The notes below the pieces were generated by a model. It saw only the letters and a program-made list of their open reading frames with translations, was not told where the DNA came from and ran no database searches. A stretch of 62,549 nucleotides of DNA, filler included, from Dirinaria sp. TL-2023a (Eukaryota), in assembly GCA_051941275.1 (NCBI GenBank). It is 12 parts of 12 records of this genome, joined end to end, with 100 filler letters (N's around TTAATTAATTAA, not from the genome) between each part and the next. Parts side by side here need not be neighbours in the genome. Positions count along the whole stretch, not along the records: positions 52,255 to 57,360 come from JAVEBF010001723.1; positions 57,461 to 62,549 come from JAVEBF010001724.1; 10 more parts are not named here. The stretch is one strand, 5' to 3'. This document shows positions 52,255-62,549 of the stretch, piece after piece (position 1 is the first letter of the stretch; every line of letters starts with the position of its first letter). Position numbers and translations under genes: made by a program.

Positions 52255-54584
52255 AGAGACAGATTCTGAAGCCCTTTGATACAAAATCTCAGAAATGCCA
52301 CTGTTATGCATGAACGCAAAGGTATGGAGAAGTTCTAAAGCATCTGCATCTTCTGACTTTGAGGACTTTTCGAGATAATCTGCAGAAACCTCAAATGTTG
52401 AAAAGACATTACGGTAGGGGGACATATTCTGAGTCGAATTAAACTTCAAAAGGTGGTTTTTCTGCTGCTGGAAGAAGACGGGGTATTCCTCAAGAGTGCA
52501 GAACTTCAGCTTTACATAGGCACCTGCTTGAATTATTGCAAGAGTATGTGACTCTAGCGCATTGACAATGGTCATAGCAGCTCCTTTCTTCTCTTCCCAA
52601 TGACACTCTGGCACATGAGCAGCGCGGAGGAGTAGTTGCTGGGCGAGTTCAAGGCCAAGGCTGCCTAGCGTTTCGCTTCCTACAGTCTCGTGTTGATCAC
52701 ACTCTGGATTGCGGGACGTAATTAGTATGTCGCCTTTCCTACCTGAGGGTATATACGGGGAGAGATCAACCGCTGGATCATCGGCATTATCAATGATTAA
52801 GAGCCACCGTTGGCTATTGCAGGCAAGCCATGACTTTACATTTGTCACATCCGGCTCGGGTACTCCACACCGTCGTCCTATGTCGGAGAGGCCTTGCTCT
52901 ATTGAAGCGAGGCTTTTCGCGTCAAGCCAGAAGACCCCCCAGTATCTAGCCTATCAGCACCCATCTGCGAGCATCGTCGCTTACTTACTCGTCTTGGTGC
53001 GTTTCTGCAAACTTCAGACAGACCTCGCTCTTGCCTGCACCCCCCATTCCAACGATGACAAATCTCCTCTGCCCTGTCAGAGGAATTGGGCTATTATGGG
53101 AGAAGGCATGAGTAAGACGATCGCCAAGCTCTCGACGCCCTGTATACTGGGCGCTGGCCGCACGGGGAACCATCCAATGTTTGTTGGCTTTTCGATCTAT
53201 GCAAGCTGTATGAACACATTAGAGAATCACCCGTCTCAACAGAAGTTTTGACTTGGCGTAACATAGTATGAGATCACTGACTAGTGGAGTGAGACCAAGG
53301 CCCTGACGCAGGGTCTAGGATTTCGAATTAAAGTCAGTACTGAAGAATGAATGGCATTTTGGAAACTAACCTGGAGTTTCATTATTGGGTTGTCTTAGAA
53401 CCATTGTTCCAGGTATAGCTATTACCAGAACAGAATGAACCCTATTCCATCACGCTCACTTCGGTGCTCATACCTGTTGACGTATTGTCTTGACGATCAG
53501 CTAACCTAGTCCACCGCAGAATCTCACCAAGAACAGCATCATATCCACGATCATTCCTGTGTGGGAATTTGGTCATGTCCTGCGTGTGTGAGCAGTGGTA
53601 TGACGCGTGGTATTGTTGGATCTACCATATGGTTTGCGTGAATCATATCGCAAGGGTAGCCTGATATTTCGGCAGAACGCAATGGGACAATCTAATAAGT
53701 TAGGAGCAACACCGCATGAGGTGCGTTGATCTCCGTACCTCGCCCAACCCAGTCACAGGGAGCTCCTCATAAAAGCATGTGATTTGAATCTTAGTCCCTT
53801 CTTCCTCCCTCCGCCTCAAGATGGAGTGGAAACTGTTCTCTACTAAGCGTAGAATTTCTGACCCTGGCTCTAACACTGTTAGAATATCTCTGTTCGTTCG
53901 CACAATGGGGCTAGCCAGGCTAGCCATTCGCGTGCCGAGAGCTGCCCACGCTGCGAGATCTGCTCCACAATGCGGGGTTCCTAGAAAAACAATTCCAGCG
54001 GTGCTGCGTTCTATCTGTAGGAGGTGCGCCTCAGCAGCATTCTTAGAGTGGCTGAGTGCCTGCTCCACGACAAGTCCACCCAGGCTGTGAGCGACGAAGA
54101 TGATCCGTCTCTTTTCTGTATCTGTGCGCTCCCGTTTACGCACAAGGTCGTTGACCATCTTTTCCGCATGATTGCTCAGTCGGCTGTTGGATACAGGGTT
54201 CCAAAAACTGACGACATCTGCGTCGTAGCCGAAGCTCAAGATGCGTGAACTGGGGATGTCTTGCTTCAGGAGGTCCCTCGGCCAGTGTACTCTACTGTCT
54301 TTATGAAGCCAGGTATCATAAGCATTGCCTGTCAATCCGTGGACAAACACTATGTCAACGCTAGCATCCTGGCCACTATCGTGTAGCACCGTGGCACCAT
54401 AGTTATGGCCCTCTCTAATAGCGACAGAGGAACTCGGAACGCTTAGTGACCCCTCTGTCGGACCGGATATTGCTTGCGAAGATTGGGCGGCTTCGTTCTG
54501 AGGTGTTGGCTGGGTCGGGGTTGGCAGAGGCGAGGGCGACTTCGATTTTCTAGATGGTAAAAGACTCTTGAAACTGGGAGCCAT
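52255..54584 (-). CDS. Fungal NLR: SesB-like hydrolase + NB-ARC, 3' truncated at contig end
   Basis: DIVFVHGL, FVAHSLGG, FLGTPHCG, HANHM|DMTKF; two phase-1 micro-exons (48 and 33 nt); GMGGAGKS; WLLIIDNADD; LITSR; HTLAIIQAG. Confidence 0.88.
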
Positions 54585-56541
54585 CTCTTTCTAATTGGTT
54601 TCATGCCTTTAGGACTGGAGAATAGCGAGATGGAGTGGTGAAAAGAGGACGGTAGCCTTGCGGCATGCATCAGCCTAGGCAAGAAGCGGCAGTGGTCGCA
54701 ATATTCGTCCGATTGGCGGAACGGGCTGACCAAAATCCAACGTGCCATTTACCGTCGCCCTGATACATTGCGTCGCAATTGTCACTTCGGACGTCGAGCG
54801 CAGAGCTAGTCGATCTAATCTTGTACAAGAGACCAATGCGCGGTCGCGACCTGAACCCAGGTGCCATCAAGTGCTAAATGAAATTATCGGACACTGTTGA
54901 CAAATAAAGAATGCGACGTATCTGCAACGATAATGAGTCGATGCTGTGCTAGAGGTATATAAAGTGGATTCTATACTGAATCCATCGTTTCGATTCTCAG
55001 ACGTTACCACATTCGATTCAGGACTCCAAAATATTGTATATAGGGGGCAAAAATCTAACTTTGGCTATTGCTCATTGAGAAATACCTGAGAAGAAGGCAC
55101 AGCTCTCGTGCTATTGAGAAAAGGAGATGTACAGTACGTGATTAGGCTAGATTTATGCAGCTGGCCGGAGCAACATATGGCTCATATTCATTGACACCAG
55201 GTCTGTTCCCCGATACAATACTTGCATAGAAAGTTCATCAGCTTGATCTGGATCGCTCAGAAGCAATACTAACCTAGTTCATGTCGAAATCGAATGACTT
55301 ACCTCGCTGGCTGTATGGGAAGTAGTTATCATTGGAGGTGCGTTCAGTTGTACAAGAGCATGGCTCATATCTCAGATTTAGAGGCCGAGAGGCAGGACAT
55401 AAATCTCTTTCTTAACACCTGAGAGCTTCGAAGCTCTCGATCTCGGCGTCCTCGTGTTCCTTACTAGCGAACGCGTGCTATGAAGCCAGCTACTAAGCTA
55501 CCTTACCTTACAAGTTCTCTTGGTGGTAAGGTTGCCCATGCAAGGACTAAATCGGACGTTCCATACCACCTACGGTTTCGTGATTGGCGGAGTCGGTCTG
55601 TAGCATAGCTGAGTGATCATATGTCTTCAATGTTTTACGGCACCAGTAAAAGAGCATGTATCCTATTGACCTATTAGTCCAAAATCAAGCACAATACTCT
55701 TCAGTTTGAGATTTTAGTTTCAGCAGACAATAAACATCAGGCAATCAAAATTAGGTTCAACGCTACCGGACACCATTGTTTGAGTGGCGTTTAGGAATGT
55801 TCGTGTTGGACTTTGCGCATATTATTGAGTACAGCTTGGAAGAACATGCTACTCCTTTTTCTCTGTATCTCAGCTACACTCTGAACTTCTAGAGAAGTCA
55901 TTGGGGACCTAGCTTCCCCTATCATCGTGACTCGAGGTTGAGAAGCATGAAAGCAATAATGGCACGGCTAGACATAGTATTCCCATAATGCTGCGGTGAG
56001 ATTTGTATGTCTAATCGTTCTCACGAACGTAGATTTATGAGATTCCCCTCAGACCCTGTGCGACAGAATCTTTCGTCCTTCGCAGCCAGCATTCGGCGCT
56101 ACAAAGCGCCTCGACTCAAGATGGTTCCTAGGCCCAATACGTCTCTCCACAAGCAGCTAGTTTCCTAGACGGATCCACTCCTGACATCAAAAAGTACTTT
56201 GATTTCTAGGAGAAGTTTGATATCGCCCTTTGTCTGCTAGACTCAGAAGATACCCCAGCCAGAGCCAGAAATCATAGATTGAGATTCTCAGCCTTCCTTC
56301 CACCTTGTTGTACCACAGGCATTAAAGAAAGCGGCTTCGGTACAAATACTCTTACTATGACTGAGACTTTCTTGGTCAGCACTTTGTGCCCTGTCATGGG
56401 ATCGAGACTGGAGCAGGCATGTGGCGAGTGCTGCAGCAAACTCAACAAAGGGCGAATGACAGTAAACTTTTCTTGAAAGTTCTAGTCACCAAAGGCAAGT
56501 GAAATATCCCTACTCGGATTGCATGAACTAGACTCCTATAT

Positions 56542-57360
56542 TCATCGAAGAGCACGAAACGCTGTTTCAACTTCGCTACTATTACTACCAAGGTCGAACC
56601 ATTCCTTAGCATTGACATCAGAAACCCGCTGCGCTTCAAATTGTCGATGGAGACAAGTTTCCGCACCTCTCATGTCTTGAATAACCTGCGTACTGCGAAT
56701 TTGTAGAGTGTGCGGATTCCCAGTCTGCAATGTTCGCAAGCGTATCTGCGGATCCAGGCTCATGCCTATCTTGTAGAAGCTCGTGCCTGTCATGTGAATC
56801 AAGTAGACGCACCCTTCGGAACTGGGCTCGTTCTGCTCCCGGCGGAGGTTCTCAAGATCGGCCTCAATGTTTACAGCTGCCGACGAGACCGTATTCGCAG
56901 CAGTAATCACGGCCGTAGTCGCAGCTGCAGTCGCAGCCGCAGCCTGACGCTGCGCGTCTCCAAGCAAGGCCTCGAAGAGTGGCAAGGATGCATGACCTGC
57001 TGTGACGCGTCGCAGAGTTGGAATGAAGGTTGGAACAGGAGCTGGTATATGGCGAAGCTTCTCCTGGAAAGCTTCATCGAGACTGACTGGCTGCCAGTTA
57101 AACCAGTGATCGAATCCCTGCTGGAGCCGAGCCATCACCTCCGCTGGAATTGGAAGATCACCATGTGCTACTGGCCAGCTTCCTAGATGACGTCTGCCGA
57201 TACCCACTTGGACAAAGTGTCCTGGTCCCTCGAACCCGTTGCAGAGAAACCAGATATAAGTCGTGAGCAGTGGGTCCTCGATATTTGCGAAAAACTCTGC
57301 ACGAACCTTGACATGGGTCATACTTTTTGGAAGTCCCCAAAGACGCTGAGGAGAAAGATA
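56542..57360 (-). CDS. T5orf172/Mug113 (GIY-YIG superfamily) domain protein with an unknown N-terminal domain; frame open to contig end
   Basis: VYLI..YKIGMSLDPQIRLRTLQTGNP...AETCLHRQF...RV...EWFDL. No intron seen; first ATG at 57321. Confidence 0.85.
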   Translation of the reverse strand, partial: YLSPQRLWGLPKSMTHVKVRAEFFANIEDPLLTTYIWFLCNGFEGPGHFVQVGIGRRHLGSWPVAHGDLPIPAEVMARLQQGFDHWFNWQPVSLDEAFQEKLRHIPAPVPTFIPTLRRVTAGHASLPLFEALLGDAQRQAAAATAAATTAVITAANTVSSAAVNIEADLENLRREQNEPSSEGCVYLIHMTGTSFYKIGMSLDPQIRLRTLQTGNPHTLQIRSTQVIQDMRGAETCLHRQFEAQRVSDVNAKEWFDLGSNSSEVETAFRALR

Positions 57361-57460
57361 NNNNNNNNNNNNNNNNNNNNNNNNNNNNNNNNNNNNNNNN
57401 NNNNTTAATTAATTAANNNNNNNNNNNNNNNNNNNNNNNNNNNNNNNNNNNNNNNNNNNN

Positions 57461-57549
<89 letters not shown>
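57461..57549 (+). repeat. Poly(A) homopolymer at contig start
   Basis: 89 consecutive A. Confidence 0.95.
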
Positions 57550-57551
<2 letters not shown>

Positions 57552-60091
57552 AAGAAGAAAAACGAAGCTAGAGATACAAAGACTTCACGCACTGGATCAA
57601 CAGCTAAGTAAAATCGGTCTCATCAAAACTTTGGGCCGAATGCAGCCACAGAGCCCTTATCAATAATGATTCCGGAACCGGAATCACTCTATTCCTTCGA
57701 GCGACTCCAGGTCCACATACAAGGATACCAAGATGACTAAGAATACCCATTCGCACACGAAAGAACCCTGGAATCAGTGAAGATTGATTTTGATGAATTG
57801 AATATATCTGCGTTGCCTGGGTTTCTGTTTGGTTAATTCTCCAAAAGTAAGGGCTACTGTACCACCATAGGTCTTCCAGTCGAGGAATATCATGAACCTG
57901 ATGCTTCCTTTTCACATGTGTTACACACTTGCGGCCATAAATTCGCAGAGTGACTGATTTCGCTAGAGGCTGGATCGCCGCTTTCCATTCCAAATCGCAT
58001 GGAGTTTCGGATAAATGAACAGGCTCACAAGCTAACAAGGTTTGGAATATCTCGGGGTTTCCGATCTCGGTGCTAGGACCGACTCTGGGTTTGTGTCCAA
58101 CCGTTAGCGGCCAAAGCAACTGTTATGCTAGTGAGGAGAATGAATGGAGTTCTCATACCAAGAGTTGGAAAGGGCTATTCAAGGCGGTCCGAAGATCCAC
58201 CGGTGGCCCGGTTCCGACCTTTCCTGATATGAGCTAGTGTCTTGGCATGCCGCTTCTCAACATCTCACAGACAAAACATCTACTTGATCGTGATACGCAG
58301 GTCGTACTTCAAAACGGTGATTATGATGCGACATATGCATCCCGCGCTGTCTCAGCATCGGCCATCGCAATGCTATTAACCTTCCGCCCGAGCCCCTGGC
58401 CTTCTCACAGGCGTCATCGAAACCCGACAGACCGGATTGCTCTTTGGTCAAGCTAGACTCTCGCCTGCAATTGGAGTATAATGTGGATGAAGCATGAGAT
58501 ATTGGAGCTCTGCTACACTTCTCGAATCCCTTTATTTTCTTACATAAATACTCTAATGCCACCAAAATTTGTTGTCGGTTCACGGACTCCCTCTACTGAC
58601 CCTAAGCATTCTTCAAATAAGCATGAGTAGCTGTCTGAACCAGCGTTATGTGACATCAGATGTCTACCTCTGGTCTTTATCTGCTTATGCACCACCGTTT
58701 CTGTCCAGAACTTTGTCATTCTCCTCCTAGTCTCCTGCATCTCCATAAGTACAAATCTCGTTGAAGGGCTTCGTGGCGTATCTACCATGGGAGTGAGCAG
58801 TGGTGTGCGACTGCTGAGCGGTGGGTGGCGTGCAATGAACACGAGGAACAGCGTCTACCTCAGGATCTAGATCCACAACGGGTGCTCCTGTCACAAGGTC
58901 GGGCAGTTCGACGTCAACCCCTACTAAGATCTTCTGTCAGCGACACAATCTCGTACGCACTTGCTACAAGATAGAAGGTACCTTCAGGCCTTTGGAAAGC
59001 GTCATGAGCTCGTAAGGTCTTGAACCAGGAAAGAATGTGACGGATAGTGAATAGACTCCCGGCAACAGCTAGAATCCTAACGATATAGGTAATTTGTTGA
59101 TCATTATACCACATGCTAGAAACCTGGGAATCTAAAGAATAGGTCTCGTTGAAAATAGGGCGAAAGACAGGAGTATTCAAGGATGTGTTGAGGGATGGCA
59201 TATTCCTGGCCACTTTGTGAAGGCTACTCGTGCTTGAGCATCTGGTAGAATAAAGAGTTTGAGCAAGACGGTACCAGGACAGGAGGGAGCAGCCTCCCTT
59301 TTATCTCGTGCCCGGACAGGGCGCCGAAACTCTTAGGACATTCGGCCAGTGCCCAGCATTGCCGGGGCATGGGACAACTCGAGCTTTCTGAGGCTACATG
59401 AGCTTATATAAATGCATGAAAAGACAGATTTGAGGCACAAGGCAATGAAAGGAGGGCGCGGCATACTCTTTTAAGCTGCCCGAGCCCCGCTTTGTGAGGC
59501 CGCTGCCAGAACTCGGAGAAGTCAGCGCACATAGCCCGTTTTGATACATTCGCACAACGATACATCGAACCGGTGGGCGTTTGTAAGCTCGTTTTGTAGG
59601 TAGGTTTAATTGGTCGACCACACGTGGGTGCCTGGACACGAAGCGGATGTCCAAAGCCTCGTCACTCATAAAATTTACCTACATTGAGAGGCCGTTTTGC
59701 CTTCCATCACCTGCATGAGTAGCAGGCTAACAGGACTAGGCCTGAAATGAATGTCCGAAGCCTCACAGGCCATAGTCGGCACTCCCAGAAGTCCTTCTGC
59801 TTAGGGATTCCCCTACCTGAGCTAGACCCCAAACAGATACCCGAAGCCTTAAGTTGTCATACGCACCTGGCACAACGAGCTGCAGGTATGCCCTGTCTTC
59901 GGCATGCTGCATACAATCTAAGGCAAATGTGGGTAGGTACCTCAGTCATCGGGTGAGATGCAACACCACCAGCCGAAGCATGAATGGGGTCGGCGAAGCC
60001 TCGTCCCTAACTGTCAAGCATCACCAGCTTTCCTTCAAACCACCATCGTACAATCTCAACATCACTCTACAATAGCAACATACTGCACCAA

Positions 60092-62549
60092 ATGGCAGAA
60101 GATACAGTTTTACGCGGTGATGTTATTGAATATCGTGATGCTCAAAGATGTGAGCCGTGTCAGAGCAGGGCCCAGAGTTGCATAATGATGGGGGCAGAGA
60201 CCTGTCTGCTTTGTTGGGATACTGCGCGACCTTGCATCTTCGAGCGTACGGTGCGATTTCGCGGACCGGCGACGCGACTTACATCGCATTTGATGAATGC
60301 GAGAGAGATACTAATAAGTTTGGACAAAGATTCTGATGCTATCGCTCTAAGGTAAGTACTCACGCTTGCTTAGTTGCAGGCGTATACTGCTACAAAAAGG
60401 TCAGCGCTAACATATTAAGATCCCTCTTGCATGCCTCCACCAAACCGGTCGGTCCCCCTGAAATAGCCCCCCAAGAAACAGCACAAAGATTTTCAAGTGG
60501 AAACTTCAGCAATAATGAAAACGCTCCTTCATTCCAGATTTTTGATTTCCAGATGGAACATGTGAAGACAAGGCGTCCAAACCCTTCGCAGGTGAACAAG
60601 GACCAAATCGCTGAAGTACGTAAAACCGGCGCGTGTGGCGAGTGTCGGAGCAAGCACAGAAAGGTGAGTGCAACCAGCTCAGTGTGATCAGAGCTAATGT
60701 GAGATTCCCATCAGTGCGACCATTTCCTCGGTGACCGCAATCAGACACAGGTAGAGGCAGAAAGAGAAAAGGAGATCACCGAAGCAGCTCAACTACTCGA
60801 TGAATATACGTCTATTTCCGACACAACCCATGTACAAGTACTCCCACAAAATTCAAAAGTCAAATGTCTCCACTGCAACAAGCATCCGGAAGGCTTTCGA
60901 GGAGAACATGAGCTTCGAAGACACATGGAGCGAGATCATACGGCAAAGCGAAAAGTATGGATTTGCTTTGATGCGACCAGCGACGGCAACTTTCTCGCCG
61001 GTTGCCAAGCATGCCAAAGACGCAAAACTTACAACGCATACTACAATGCTGCTGCTCATTTGCGTAGGGTACATTTTAATTCGTCGCGAAAGAGAAGGGC
61101 AAGTGAAACATCAACCCGCGGAGACACTCGTGACGACCACGTCCGGGGTGAATACCCTTCGATGGAGGTGCTCAAGAAGTTCATGGTCGAGGATGAAGTA
61201 AATACGATGGACTATAACACGTCGGATGCAGCCGAAGGAGACACTGACGATGACGCGGCTGCTCTGCAGTGGGCTGCGGGCATGCAGATGCTGTCAGATC
61301 AGCAGGCTGGCATCAACATACAAGGTCAAGATTGTGGCAAGGCACTGGAAGCGGCATCATCTGCAGGCCATTGCCAAGTGGTGCAGATCTTGCTTAATCA
61401 AAATAGTAATACCGAGCTACACTCATACTACGGCTCATTGCAGGCGGCGTCAGCAAGTGGTCATGTCGAGGTGGTGCAGATGCTGCTGAATTATGGGGCT
61501 GACATTGACGCACAAGATGAGGCGTATGGCAATGCACTGGGAGCAGCATCAGAAAATGGTCATTCAGCTGTGGTGAAGATGCTGCTTGATCAAAAGAAGA
61601 ACATCGCCCCAGACTTCTGTAGCATTGCACTGGAGTTGGCGTCAAAAAATGATCATGCCGAAGTGGCGCAAAAGCTGCTCGATCACGAAGCTGATTTTGA
61701 TGCACAAGATAAGCTTCGTCGCAACGCATTGCAAACAGCATCACAATATGGTTATGCAAAAATGGTGCAGCTGCTGCTCGGTCGCGAAGCTGATGTCGAT
61801 GCACAAGAGGAGCTACACAGTGACGCACTACGAACCGCATCGGAGTATGGTCATATTAATGTGGTGCAGATGTTGCTTCGCCAGACTTTTGATAACAACT
61901 GGCACTTCGCGAGTAGAGCACTAAACTCGGCGTCAAAAAACGGTCATGCAAATGTAGTGCGGATGCTGCTTGATCATGAAGATTCTTTCAGCGCAACCTT
62001 TTATTGCTTTGCACTGAAGTCGGCGTCAGCAAATGGGCATGCAAATGTTGCGCAACTGCTGCTCAAACATGAGATTGATATCAACCCAAATGCTTATAGC
62101 GAGCCACTGGAATTGGCGTCACAAAATGGTCATGCAAATGTGGTACAATTGCTGCTCGATCATGAGGCTGATATTGACCCGCACTCGTTACGCTACTCGC
62201 TGGAGTTGGCGTCAGAGAATGGTTATGCAGATGTGGTGCAGAAGTTACTTGACCATGAGACTGACATCGACCCGTACGCCTATTACGATGCACTGCAGAA
62301 TGCATTAAAAAAAGAACACGCAGACGCTATGCAGATGCTGCGTGATGATCGGCCTGAGTTAAGTCCATACTATTGCAGCGATTCACTCAACATGGCGTCA
62401 AAAAATGGACACGGAAATGTGGTGCAAATGCTGCTCAATCATGATGCAGATATCCATTCAGAGTCCTATAGGGATGCACTTCAAAATGCATCAAAAGAGG
62501 GACATGTAGAAGTGGTTCAGATGCTGCTAAACTTTGAAGCTGATATGGA
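60092..62549 (+). CDS. Multi-zinc-finger + ankyrin-repeat protein (Zn2Cys6-spaced cluster, second Cys/His module, KLAP1-like fingers, at least 13 ANK); runs off window
   Basis: Exons 60092-60351, 60420-60663 and 60715-end, with canonical introns (GTAAGT..CTAAC..AAG; GTGAGT..CTAAT..CAG). The third exon has no stop for 1835 nt, so the ORF track omits it. Confidence 0.85.
61342..62549 (+). repeat. Ankyrin repeat array (13 units, 31- or 33-aa period)
   Basis: AL..AS.NGH..VV.MLL...AD units with DNA-level similarity (GCGTCA...AATGGTCATGC...GTGGTGCA). Confidence 0.92.

Noticed and set aside
55421..55438. Perfect 18-bp palindrome GAGAGCTTCGAAGCTCTC
   Set aside because: A 9-bp-arm palindrome is not unexpected by chance in 62 kb, and there is no second copy.
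57604..59213. Chain of short minus-strand ORFs with splice-like signals
   Set aside because: I could not build an open spliced model or identify a domain.
47046..62549. NLR, NLR, nuclease and ankyrin gene as one immune cluster
   Set aside because: Spacers at 52155 and 57361 separate three unrelated contigs. Only the second NLR and the nuclease are physically linked.

Overview
This is filamentous ascomycete (Pezizomycotina) DNA with short spliceosomal introns. It is not one locus. Twelve unrelated contigs of about 5.1 kb are joined in descending length order by 100-nt spacers (44 N + TTAATTAATTAA + 44 N), so gene neighbourhoods only mean something within a contig. Housekeeping genes: CFIm25, eIF3d, DIP2/UTP12, ARPC2, EMC6 exon 1, AVT-type transporter, MRPS16, NAD(P)HX epimerase, type II NADH dehydrogenase and peroxisomal 2-hydroxyacyl-CoA lyase. 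Accessory genes: a secreted WSC protein, an MFS transporter, an interrupted arylsulfatase, an EasG/NmrA-like reductase, a 2OG-Fe(II) oxygenase, three SesB-like hydrolase-NB-ARC fungal NLRs and a phage-like T5orf172 nuclease. The strongest lead is a gene the ORF track only catches in fragments (60092 to window end). It joins a Zn2Cys6-spaced cluster, a second Cys/His module and a KLAP1-type zinc-finger region to at least 13 NLR-style ankyrin repeats. Other leads are an NLR with a non-repeat C-terminal domain, an NLR whose hydrolase lacks the catalytic Ser, the NLR plus nuclease contig, and a head-to-head 2OG oxygenase/HACL pair. Gene models and family names come from manual reading and recall; no searches were run.
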